Shown one piece after another: positions 37,816 to 49,808 of a stretch of 64,000 bases of DNA. Made by a program: the position numbers and the translations under genes. The stretch's first letter is position 1. Each line of letters starts with the position of its first letter. This stretch comes from Utricularia gibba (Eukaryota; Plantae; Magnoliophyta), in contig NEEC01000011.1 in the NCBI GenBank assembly GCA_002189035.1, positions 496,001-560,000 of the forward strand, given 5' to 3'. The notes beneath the pieces were generated by a model. It was not told the DNA's origin and searched no databases. It worked only from the letters and a program-made list of their open reading frames with translations.

Positions 37816-40200
37816 TAATGGTTTAAAAAATGGACCAGGCCACCTGGTCCGATCGGAAAAAACGGGAACCGGTCTTTGGATGGGTTCCATTTCAATAAAA
37901 GTTGGTAGATTATGGTTTTTGTGAGCATGTGACAAAAAACAAGCTAAATTCTCTATTTCTACTCCTCTTTCCTGGGATTTGTGGGATCTTTGGTCCAATT
38001 ATTTTGGTGGTTTTCAAACAAACAGTTACAATGGATATTGATGCTTCTACAACTAGTATGCATTTTTTGATTACCTCTTTTCGAATTTTTGCTTAAATGG
38101 TTGAACTTGAACCTTGTTAAGCTTTTGTTTATTTTAAGTAAATTAATGTAAATAGATTTCAATTGTACTTCCAATTCTGTATTATTCCACTTTATATTAA
38201 CAATTTAGTATAAAATTTAGGTTGCATCAGATTATTCTATGCAGTATTTTTTTTCTTGGGGGTTTAGTTTTTTTATTCTATTATTATTGTTGCATAATGA
38301 TTTATTTGTTGTGTGTATATCTGTTGGATGATTTTACTCAAGATTAATGACTATGCTATAAGTTCAGTTTAGTGAAAAATTATTACTGAAAATATTTATT
38401 CATCATTGGTTTCTTTTTTTTTTTTTACAATAGGCATGGATTTTGATGCTTCTCTAATTGGTGTTGATGAGCATAAAAAAAGAGTCAAATATAATATTGC
38501 TTGGCAATATACAAGTATTTTAATTAGTAATGGAAAAAAAAAGACTGACTTTTTTATTATGTGGTCTTAGTTATGCTGGTACAGGGATTAATTGGATGAA
38601 AAAGCATTTCACTAACGAAGTTGGTGATATAGCATCCTAAAAAAAGGCTCCAGCTAGTGTTAGAAATGAAATGAAGAAAGCATTGGCTGAAATTTCTGGT
38701 AAAAAAAGGCAACTAGTGTTATTATACAGATGGATGATGAAACTATGGATGCATATGAGCTTGATTTTACTGATAATGTAAGCCTTGAATCTCCTATAGC
38801 AGATAGTGGAAAGAATGCAGCATTAGTTTCAAATTTTTCTAAGCCAAGGAAGATAAAGAAGAAAGTTGTGGTCAATAAATTAAGCAATGATGATAGGTTC
38901 TAGAAATCCTTGGAAAGTTTTTGAACAAGTGAAGTAGCAGTGAGAAAGGTAAAACATGAAATCGCCAAGTTTTTATGATTCATGCATATTAGTGAGTGTG
39001 GTCAAATTACGTCATTTTCGTACTATGATTGAAGATGCAATTTAATTAGGTCATGCTTTCACCATGCCAAGTTATTATGAGGTACGCATTCCTTTGCTTA
39101 GAGATGCTAAGAGAGAACTTGGATTGTGGATAGATAGTATTAACACTGAGTGGGCAGAAATTGGTTGCACAATAATGGCAGATGGATGGACTGATATGTT
39201 TTATAGAACTTTGATTAACTTTTTGATTTATTATCCTCGTGGAATTGTCTTTTATCACTCCATTGATGCTTCTAGCATTTCTAAGACTGCCAACAGGTTG
39301 TTTTTCTTGTTCATGAAGGTTATTAATTAGGTTGGAGTGGAAAATCTTGTACATGTGGTGATAGATAATGCTGCAAATTATGTAGTAGCTGCGAGAATGA
39401 TAGAAGATTGTTATCCAACAATTTCATGGTCTCCTTGTGCAGCTCATTGTTTGAATTTGATGCTACAAGGTATGAGCAAACTGAAGAGTACACGATCAAT
39501 TATTGATAAAGCATCAGCTTGTTCTAGGTTCATCTATGATTAATACACGATCAATTATTGATATTACTGAATTGGATGAGAAATCGTGTGGGGTGGACAG
39601 AAATTCTTAGACCTTGTACTACATGATTTGGTACAAGTTTCATTGCTCTTGAAAGTTTTTATAGTCATAAGTATGAGTTGCAAGCTTTAGCAACATTTAA
39701 GGATTTTCTATCATCAAAACTATCTAAAGATGCTGCTGGAGAGTTTCTCTTTAGTTGTGTTTGATCGTAAATTTATTGTTTAATTGTTGTAAAGATCATG
39801 AAACCATTAATTCGTCTTCTAAAAATAGTAGATGGGGATAAAAAGCCATCTATGGGTTATGTTTATGAAGGGGTGCACAAAGCTAGTGAAGGAATTAAGA
39901 CAATGTTTTTCAATAAATATCAGCTTTATACACCTTATTTGGAAATCGTGAACAAAAGATGACATTTTCAACTAAGAAAAAAATTACATGCTACAACTTA
40001 TTGGCTCAACCGTGCATTTCAGTATAACAAAGATCATTCACAAAAATTGAAAAGTGTTATGGATGAAGTTTTAGATGTAATTGCAAGTAAAGAATCAGAT
40101 GATCGTATTATTTATTTGGATGAAATGACTATGTTCTCTTAACATGTAGGAAGCTTTGGAAGCCTCTTGCATTTGAAGTAAGTACAATACAAAAATCATG
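37816..40200 (+). mobile_element. hAT element (DUF659/Tag1-like transposase), 5' end plus pseudogene, 3' truncated
   Basis: 5' terminus TAATGGTTTAAAAAATGGACCAGG..GGTCCGATCGG (decayed CAATG..AAAACCGGACC type). Coding remnants from ~38436: PSYYEVRIPLL, EWAEIGCTIMADGWTD..RTLINFLIYYPRGIVF..SIDAS, VENLVHVVIDNAANY, WSPCAAHCLNLML, VDGDKKPSMGYVYE, YWLNRAFQY. Confidence 0.9.
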
Positions 40201-41214
40201 TATTTATTATTTTAATTAAAACTTTGATTCCCATATGATTTATGCAAAATGTTAAATTATTCATAGTAATTATATGTTACAAAACTCTTGTTCTGCATTC
40301 TCAGTTGACATCGATAGCACCCATCAGGTTCTTTCCCTCTTGGGCCTCACAAAGAATAGATTCTCCCAGATTGCTCCATGTCATGATCCCTACTGTTCAT
40401 GCCTCGCCTTCTTGTAATTCAATGGACCCAACCAAGTTCTATTCAAGAAGAAACCCAAAGAAGGACGAGCCCAAAGAAAGGATAACCCAATGATTTAAGG
40501 CAAGGTGACTGCTGTTTGTAGAAATCGTGCTATCCCATCTTTTGCCTGGCTAGTCTGAGACTAGGCTATTTTGTAGAGAATATTCGTTGTAATGGGGTAT
40601 ATTTATGACCACTGCTGTGAGACCGATGATATTGAGTGCTATTTTCTCTTTTCCCTTATCTCTTTATCTCTTCCTACAATCCCAATTCTCCACACTCCAT
40701 TATTCTCTTTTGGATTTCTAAGTGAACATGGTCATGAGTTTTTCTATCCAACAATCAATTGTAGCATTACGATAGGATCATGATATGAATGCCTGAGTTT
40801 TTCATTAATTGGACCAACCTCTGTGCTAATACAATATTAAAAAAAGATGATCCATGTTTGCTCCGCAATCCTCTCAAGTGGCGCCTTGTAGTTGGGTACA
40901 CAACCAAGAATACAGTCAAGCCCGTACATCCTTGTATCTCAAGAGACTATCTCCAACAGCAGCAATCTCTGCAGCACGAACCGTGCAGTATTCTAAGTGG
41001 GAGCAGCCTTGTATGCGTCATCGTAGTGGCCACTCTGTAAAATGTCCACACTCTATGGAAAATGCAAAATGTATTCCATTCTGTACAGAAACAGGGAGCA
41101 AAATCCATGTGTCCCCCTCTCAGCACCTGATGGGGTAATGGACTTCATGCTCGTAAAACCTGCATGACTGAAAAAGAAGGGACTATAGCATGCACACAGA
41201 CAAACTTCAACTGC

Positions 41215-43327
41215 TCATGGATCCTGCTGCTCCTCACGTGGGAAAAACTCTCCATTCCCAGCACAAAGGCGGGCTGACAAAGTAGGCGAGGACAAGGGAC
41301 TATAAGTCGTGCCTATACACCAACTCTCAATCAGTAAACCATATGATTTAGCCTGTTCGAATCAACCTACTTGTGGGAAATCAGCACACCTCGAAATGAT
41401 GAATTCCTCTCAAAGTCTATTGTTGAGTTGAGCAAAATGGTTCCAGAGAGTACCACAAGGAATGCGCATATCTCTGATATAATAGCGCCAGCACTCTGGC
41501 CCTCCCAATCCTACAGCAAGGCGCCTTAGCATTCCAGTGGACATTTATGCAAAATAATGAGAAATAAAGTCATCTCATGCTGCCATATAAGTACAGTCTC
41601 TTGTACATGCCAAGATATAGCAGTGAATCCTGCCACATAGAATTACGTCTTGCTTGGAAAGTAGTATACATCTGAATTAACAAATAATACCTTGAACATG
41701 ATAACACTGGCAAGTATTGTGAGCGATGTGAAGAGGACGTAGTATATGGGAGAAACCACGGACGTGTTGAAGGTATCAAGCGCCTGAAACGGTGGACACA
41801 AGCTCAGTCAAGAAACAAAGGATGGATAAAAAAGGAACAAATATAGAGCTTTCTGTGTAAAGGCTTCGTTTTTCTGTTATCAATTAAAACTTACTTTATT
41901 AAGGTAATTCATCTGTGTGACGACACAAGTTACCACCACCAGCACAAAGAACCACGTCTCAGGGAAAAGTAGTTGGTTTTTTCCCTCGACAGTCAATTTA
42001 ATTGATGTCCCGAGGGCCTTAACACTCATAACCTGCAAATGGGGATGCAAATAAAAACTCGTTGAATGCTTTTTTGGCTATTGGGATAGGATTTTGAGAT
42101 AGACGGAATCTGTGTCATCGGATAGAATGGTCTCTATTTTAGGAGGAAGATCGATCCGGATCCACAATGAAAAAAACGTTATATGATGTTGCACATGCCG
42201 AGTAAATCAGCAACTAACAGAATGAAGAATTTACCGAGAGAGAGCCCATTAGAGAGCAAATACCGGTGTAAACAAGTACGTTGGTGTGGCCACATTGGGG
42301 GACAAAATAAAAAACAAGAATGAACACCAAGACCACAACTGATCCCACATAGAGCAGAAAGGCTGACAATAATCAAACAAAGTGAATCAGACGGCATTCT
42401 TCAAGATATATGATGATATAAGTAGTTATCTGACCTGGCTGTGCAGCCATATTCCATATTTGCTGGACTGAAGAGATTGCTTCCTCTTGTGGTGCATGTA
42501 TAACAATTATGACTGAACCAGCGATGCACAGTACACAGCCCAATATGCCCATCTGATGTAACTTTTCGTTCAACACAAAGTGAGCCAATACTGCACTGCA
42601 TTAGGGCTGCCCAATTCAAACCAGACAAATCTAAACATCAAACGCAGCCCTGAATTAAATTACCTGACAATGATACTCAGCGCACCAAGTGGTGTCACAA
42701 GAACTGCAGGGGCAAACGCATATGCCACAAAATTTGCAACTTCTCCAACAATCACTGTTACACGTATAGCAATACACAGCATAGTCAGAACCAGAATACA
42801 CTTCCACCACAGATCGATGTAAGCTTCATTTTATGATTCAAAACAATGACTCTTGATAATACACATCGTATCATCTTCCAAAGCGCAGATATGTTTTTAG
42901 AATCAATGATTTTCGTAATACACATCCAAGAAACAATCCAAAGCAATCTAATTTTATAGGAAGATAAAACCTACCCCTGGGAGGAGGCATACAGAAAGAT
43001 GCGGAAAAATTACACGACAAATGAGAGAAAGCAACTCACTCGTTGTCATTCCCAGCCACCAGAGAGGCTCCAGTAGATAAGAATACCCCCAATACCTAAC
43101 AATACCCATTCAACAAATCGGTATTACAAAAAATGAAGAACACTTCAACCTAAAACCGATTTTTTCGAACAGGAATAGGGAAGACAAGGACCCTAACCAG
43201 CCCGAACACCAGAAACAGCTGCAGCTCTCCGCAGCCCCTTCTTCTTGATAATAAAGCTCGCGCCGATAAACCCACTTGAGAGAAGAGCCAATATGCATCC
43301 TTTGAGATTGTCATGTGAAAAACCCAT
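41215..43327 (-). CDS. NIPA: Probable magnesium transporter, NIPA family (9 exons), with an apparent 1-nt frameshift in exon 2
   Basis: Exons with GT-AG junctions give [34 protein letters not shown].. / ..[14 protein letters not shown] / [31 protein letters not shown] / [18 protein letters not shown] / [17 protein letters not shown] / [16 protein letters not shown] / [19 protein letters not shown] / DW..SGTILL / ..EEQQDP*. Exon 1 is 43198-43327 and exon 2 is 43040-43095. Confidence 0.93.
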
Positions 43328-43791
43328 TAGTATTTTATGTCTAAAAATCGGTTTCAGGTTTCGACAATTTCCCGATTCCGTTCTCCCTATTCTTTAAGGA
43401 AATCTTCAGATCGAATTGCGATCGCTCTATTCCGTGGTTGATCCTTTCCGTTTCTGGCCAATCTAAGCCTCTCCTCCATCTTGTTACTGTAATTTTCGCT
43501 GACAAAAAGCATGCATTGGCTGTAATACAATCCAACGACGGCGACGGTACTTCTTCTCTGTCTTGTCTGCAAAATTGTGCATGGGGGCATTCGTCTTTTG
43601 ACTTGCAGTTACACAAATAATAAATTTTATTACGAAAATGGAAGCTTTCTTTGACCCGACGCTTTCAGTCGGATCCAAAGACCAGAAAACGGGTAAACGG
43701 GCAGCAATTTAAATCGATGCCGGTGAAAATTGGAATTTGATTTCTCAGTAGATCTCAGCTTCTGGTGAATCAAACAAATCGCTTGTTGAGA

Positions 43792-45068
43792 ATGGAAATC
43801 GGGAAGATCTTCGAATCTGTCGGCAGTTTTTTCTCCGGTGGGGATCAGCTTCCTTGGTGCGACTCCGACATCGTGGCTGTAAGTATTTCTGTTGTTCTCG
43901 TCGTGTACATAAAGAATATTTTTGCCTTGAGGATGAATAAACTCGCGGAGTTTATTTATCGAAAATGGAATCATGAAATCCAAACGTTGTGTAGCTCAGG
44001 CTAGGCTTTATCTCTGAACATTGATTTGTTACGCTCCAGATATATCTATGGTTTCTGTATGCGCTTTTTGCCCTTGCTTAATAGGAGAGGAACTTAGATG
44101 GATGATCGCTGATTATTTCATGTCATACGCACAGGGCTGTGAACGCGAGATTCTTGAAGCTCAGAAAGGATCATCTGAGAAAGTGAAGAGTGAATGCATC
44201 ATGCGCCTGTGTTGGGCCCTTGTACATTCAAGGCGATCGGATGATGTGGAACGTGGAATTGCTATGCTTGAAGGTGATAATGAACGTCATCCCTTCCCTC
44301 CTCTCTTTCTTGTCGTGTGTTTGCAACTATGATTGAGGTTTCAAGATAGGAGTTGTGAGGTACAATAAAGTGGGTAATCCTCAATCTACATAGCTTAAAG
44401 GAAGAGATGAAATATCTGAATTGGTTTAATTTATCATCTGTAGCATGGTCTCCACTCTTTGTAAACCATGGTATTTCACTGTCTTAGTAAACATGGTCTC
44501 TCAACCTTTTTTTCTACGCCTTATCTATTCTTTCTTTTTGCGTTGGCAATTATCTCTTTTCTGCTGTAGTGGGTGTGTGGGAAATACCGCTAACTCCTGC
44601 CAACGTATATAACTTGTTATGTGCAGCTTCTTTGTCCAGTTCCAGCGACTCTTCACAGGTTAGGGAGAAACTTTATCTTCAGGCAGTTGGATATTACAGA
44701 AGTGGCGACTACCAGCGCAGCAGGCAGCTTATTGGGCGGTGTTTGGAGGTTCGTATTATCAGCTTCTCAATAGAATTACCTAAGAGTTCTATAATTGTAG
44801 ACTTATAAGTTGAAGGTTTCGCAATATTTTTCAGATTGCACCTGATTGGAGGCAGGCATTGACTCTGAAGAAAGCTATAGAAGATAAAATCACAAAAGGT
44901 ATGTCTTCTTTCTTGGCTGTAGCATCTACTTGTTTCCAACTGTGAAACCAGCTTCTTCAAGTACTCCTCCTTCCTCCAGATGGAATGATTGGCATCGGAA
45001 TCGCGGCAACAGCTGTTGGACTTGTAGCTGGTGGCATTGCGACAGCTATCGCAGCGCGCAAGAGGTGA
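43792..45068 (+). CDS. FIS1: Mitochondrial/peroxisomal fission protein FIS1 (5 exons)
   Basis: Exons 43792-43878, 44135-44273, 44627-44748, 44835-44898 and 44980-45068 have consistent phases. They encode GGDQLPWCDSDIVAGCERE..MRLCWALVHSR..DVERGIAML..REKLYLQAVGYYRSGDY..IAPDWRQA..DGMIGIGIAATAVG, with a C-terminal TM segment and basic tail. Confidence 0.97.
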
Positions 45069-45752
45069 AGGATTTCGTGGTAAGTGTGGTGTACAGACGG
45101 GTTTTAAGTGTTTACTGTTCTTTGAAGGTGAAACCTTTCTAGCGCTTTTTTAGCGGGCAACTGTGTGCTCATAATAAAAGTCGTAGGAATTGTGTAACAG
45201 AAAAATTTACAAGCAAAGCGTAGAACGTATTACGGGCCTATGTTCAGACGCTGCTCTCGATGGAGGAAACCGTGTAGTAGTGTTCTTGATTCGCCCCCCT
45301 GGTTATCTGTATGTAAACGGCGGGCCAGGCCTTCTCAGAGTTGCTTGCCACTTCCGAAGCACGTGTCGTACGGGCATTCGTATTTCCCGCCTCGTAAAAG
45401 CACAAGGCAATTGTTCGAGTGATCTCCTACTCTTTTCGAAGCTGATGCAGAGAACGCCCTTAAATCGAAGGAATAGTGATGGTGCATACGCAGATGCTTT
45501 CATGCCTTCCAGAGCAGTGATTTCATTTCTGGGATCTGCGATTCGTCTGGTTTTATGTTTTTTTTTTTCCGGTTTAGGTGCTGCTCTTCCATGGTTTTGA
45601 GCATTTGTGGAGCTGATGAATTTGAGCAATTCTTAAATGCCTTTTTTCACTTCCGCAAAACTGTTGAATTTTGTATTGAGCGCTTTTAATCGGAGTGTTG
45701 ATGAAACTGGAAGCTGATCCTGGGTTTTAACAACTTTCTATCTAAATGCTAG

Positions 45753-48700
45753 GACCAAAAGCTTGAGAGCCGCAGTTGTAGCAGGAATCTCCATTCCAGA
45801 AAGATATCTATAGGGATTCTGGCGGACGCAGCTTCCACTGCAGAAGCAATTAGCCGGCCACCAGAAACGTTGGCGAAGCAATCACTCCATGTTACCAGAC
45901 AATCACGTTCCACGGAGAAGGCTTTTATCCACCATTGTGCTCATCCTGTAGCTGAAGCAAATGGCACTGAGAATGATGTTTTCTTTGACAAACAGTCCGC
46001 AAATGAGGAGTATAAGAAGAGCAGGGAGAATAGGACTAATGGTCATGAAACTTTGAGGAAGAAACTCTTGGAGGTTTTGGGAAATATTTCATCCCCTATC
46101 AAGTCAACTGGGTTTAATATGGATCAAGTGAAGGAAGAAATTCAAAGTCCTGTTACGAAGATAAATCTGAACTCAGATACGATTGAGAGCATCTCTGAAA
46201 AACAGTCACCCAGGAGACCAATTAAGCGTTTTACTAGAAGGAAGAAGGCCCTCACCGAAAACAAACATCTGAAATTGGAAATAGAGAAATCTGCTAGCGC
46301 TAAGAAGGGTTTTCCACGGAAAAGGTTATTTTCACTCAAAGGGGATCATTATGGTAAATTGTATGGTAACTCTAATGGTAGCACATTTCCTTCAAATAAA
46401 AACAGGATTGCAAAAGAAAGTTCAAGGATCGGGGTTCATCAGGGTTCAAAATGTGACACTGCAACAGGTAAACATCAGCCTGAATCTAGGAGAAGATCAT
46501 CGGGGAAATTCGTTGAAGTTTCCTGTGCTAATAGTTTAAGGGCCAAGGAAAATGATAAATCTTCTGGTTGGATGATTAGTACACTTAACGTGATGGCTGA
46601 ACAACAGGGCATTGAGCAGCCGCAGGATGTTGCAATTTCAAACGAGCAGCTGGTTGACCAAGAATATAGAGAGACATCCTACAATGTAACGAAGAGTAAT
46701 GAAGGTTTCGTTAATATCATTAAGGTCAGTTTGAAAGATAGGTTTACCGATCCAGTGGTTGATGAAAAATACAACTCTTTCAATTCTCCTCTTAAGATGA
46801 TGGCTCAAATCCAGAAAGGCAATGAGCAGTCACCAGACGTTGGAAATTTCAAGAACCAACTTGTTAATCAAAAAGATAAAGTGAGTTCTTTGTTTGGAAA
46901 GACAATCAGCAGGATGAATGATGAAGTTCCTGGTGCGAATAACACCACCAAGAGAAATGATGCTAAGGATATTGTCCAGCCAATTGATGTTGAACGCTCT
47001 GACTTGATGAATCACGAAGGGAATTTGTCTAATTGTTCAGCAAAAAAGAGAAGGACCCATGCTGGAAATCCTCCGAGCCCACAATGTTGGATTAATCTCA
47101 TTGGTCATTCGATGCAGAGGAAGGAAGATACTCCTCCTGAAAAGCTACATAACTTCAAAAATATTCGGAACTTCAAAAGTTTATGCAGTTCAAAGTCTAC
47201 TGAAGGGAAGCACAAGGAGGGGGATGAATTATCTGTATCCTGACGTGTGTTGTCACATACTCTATTAAGTATATTTCTTTCGTTTTATCATCTTCTCTCG
47301 TTTTAAAAAAGTGGTATATGCATTTTTCTGTTTCTTATCAAATCAAAGGATGGCAGAGGCAAAAACTTCTGTGTTCCGATTGAACTAACCTTCAACATGG
47401 ATGTTGGTGGTAAAAGCCAGGTTCAAGGATCATCTACTGATGGAATGGATACTGAGAGATTAGGAAATGATTCTCCAATGGCAGGTCATTCTGAAAATAA
47501 AAAGGGCATTATTCGTTGAATTGTCTTCATTGAACTACACTTAGTTGACATTGCTACTGGTTAGTTAACTTTTTGGGCATAAATTAGATATCCCATGAAG
47601 TATACAAACAGGAAATGGGGGACAATCCATTATGATTTTTTATAGAGATATTGTCTTCTAGCTACTTGGGATTATTTATTGATATCGTGAACTCCCAATT
47701 TTTTTCCGTGATGGTGAGCTTAAAATGCATGCCATGTTTCCCTCACCTCTTGCAAGTGCAGTAGCATTGCCCGTCTTGTAGAATAGATGCTTTCAATTGG
47801 ATCAAAATTGATGTTGAATTGTTGAAGTTAATAATTTAATTGCAATATGACGACTTAAACCAATATTCCTGTTTGGAAATTTATTGGCAATGCTATCACC
47901 TACAGACTGCATCGAGCCGAAGCAATCATTACCTCAAATTCATCGTGATGAGAAATTTCAAAGTGACTCTGACAGAACTCCAGCCAATGAAACAAATTTG
48001 CTTAAAGGTTTGTCGAATGTACTCCATCTGTCTACGGTTTTTGCTTTCTCTGTATTATCCTTTTCTTGACTCATGTGTAGCTTTCCCCTGCCAGAGAGTC
48101 AGGAAAGTACTCCAGTGTCGTTGGAGCAGAATATCAATGCAGACCTGGACGGGTATTCATTCATGCTTTATTGATCAAGGAAGAAGTTTCCTAACTGGGA
48201 TATTAACAAAAGTATTTCTCAAATAATCACTTCCTTTTCCTACTTACAGTGGGATGACGCTACTCATAATGGCTCTTGAACGTGTTAAGACCAAATTGAG
48301 TTCAATGACCAGCAAAAGATCTGTGGCAATTTTGCAGTCTTCTTCGGAGGGAATACATTCATTAATTCAGAAAGCCGAGTCTCAAATCAAGGCAGATATG
48401 TAAGTAACGGAGTGTTTTGCATGGTCGACATGAACTTCTTCATGCTTAGTTGGGTCATTTCTATTCTAGGTCAAAGCTAACTAATCTTTGTCATTTGACA
48501 AGGGAACTTCTAGAAACTAAATTCCAAGGTTAGTTCCTTCGAACGAAGCTTCATGATTTGAGGCTTTAATGCCAAGATATAGATCTAGCTGATAAGGAAT
48601 GTTATCGTTATTGCTTTTGCTATTCCCCCAACTCGTTTGGTCGGTTGTTTTGTGTGATCCGTTGTATATTCAGAATTCTGGGCATTGCTGAATGAGTATA

Positions 48701-49386
48701 TTAAAGGCTAAAAAGAGGTTTTTGACATTTGTTTGCTTCTTAATTATAATGTATTTCTGATACCTGATTAGATCCTTTAACAAATATATCTTATCTTGAG
48801 TAGAAACACATGAACGCTTGGTTGGAGTGTTCAAAAGATTCAACGAAGAATTAGAGATGCAGCTTCAAGATTATGAAGGTCTCATTGATGATCTGGAAGG
48901 GCATGAGGTTGACCTGAAAAGAACAGTGGAAAGACAAGGTCAGAAAACTGCAATTTAGGGAAACAATATACCATAGTTACTGTGGGGAGGCTTGAGCTCT
49001 AACTTTTGTTGATCCCTTTCCCGAGATTTCAGGAGCAACCCACAAAAAGATCGTGTCACAAGTGGAGCATGAAATCAACAATAGAATCCAAGATGCTGAG
49101 AGCAAGATATTAGCAGTCCAGAAAGTGAGTTCGTCTCATTTACAACCTTGCAGCAGTTGATGTCCTCAAAAAAAAAAAAAAACAAAAAAACAAAAAATCC
49201 CAAAGTTGAACTATTTCCCGTTTTCCACGCATTGTTTGTATTCAGACTTAATATCTGTCTCCGTCGTAATCTCGGGAGGCTCCCAATTACATGACAAGTT
49301 TCTTGCTTGCGCAGTCGAATCAGGATAAGATGCTCCAGTTGAGGACCGTGGTAGCTGAATCCATCAAACATGTGGCCTCTCTGTGA
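45753..49386 (+). CDS. ASY3: Meiotic chromosome axis protein ASY3/PAIR3 (Red1-like); first coding exon not located
   Basis: Exons 45753-47234, 47349-47484, 47906-48007, 48095-48152, 48250-48399, 48470-48528, 48804-48938, 49033-49124 and 49315-49386, all phases consistent. Motifs SRKISIGILAD and ETLRKKLLEVLG, plus a C-terminal coiled coil MALERVKTKL..SEGIH..FKRFNEEL..DKMLQLRTVVAES, match the ASY3 layout. Confidence 0.88.
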
Positions 49387-49787
49387 TGCCGAGTGCTTCG
49401 CCACCTGGGGCTGTAGTATGTTCCAAGGGTTGGGCATTCCGGAATTCAGTGGGAAAAGAGTTGTTTGAATCCTTTTTTCGAATGGACAGCTTGTTTCAGC
49501 TTCTGCTTGTGAGGGAAATTTTAGTATAAAATAGTGACTCCCAATTGGAGTTGAGTCGCAGGTATGACATGGCCTCGTCAACAGAAGTCAGTCATTTGGA
49601 TCCATCACTCTGCCTGCAATTCCAGGGTTCAGTCAGCCCCTCAACTCGAATACTTTTTGCTCACTCTTTGTTAAACTGTGTCGAATTCAATCCCTTACGC
49701 ACGTCGCCCTCTTGGCAGTCTCTATTTTTAAGCCGTGTCCCTACGCAAATGCTGTGATCCACGCTGCGGGAGGAAGGTAATGCGAGA

Positions 49788-49808
49788 GACGTGCCCAAGC
49801 ACGTGGCT
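49788..49808. promoter_or_regulatory. Paired ACGT-core (ABRE/G-box-like) elements
   Basis: GACGTGCCCAAGCACGTGGC contains ACGTGCC and CACGTGGC with the ACGT cores ~9 bp apart. Motif match only. Confidence 0.35.

Noticed and set aside
45701-45752. ATGAAACTGGAAGCTGATCCTGG as the ASY3 first exon
   Set aside because: It would need a ~30-nt intron and joins the next exon in the wrong frame.
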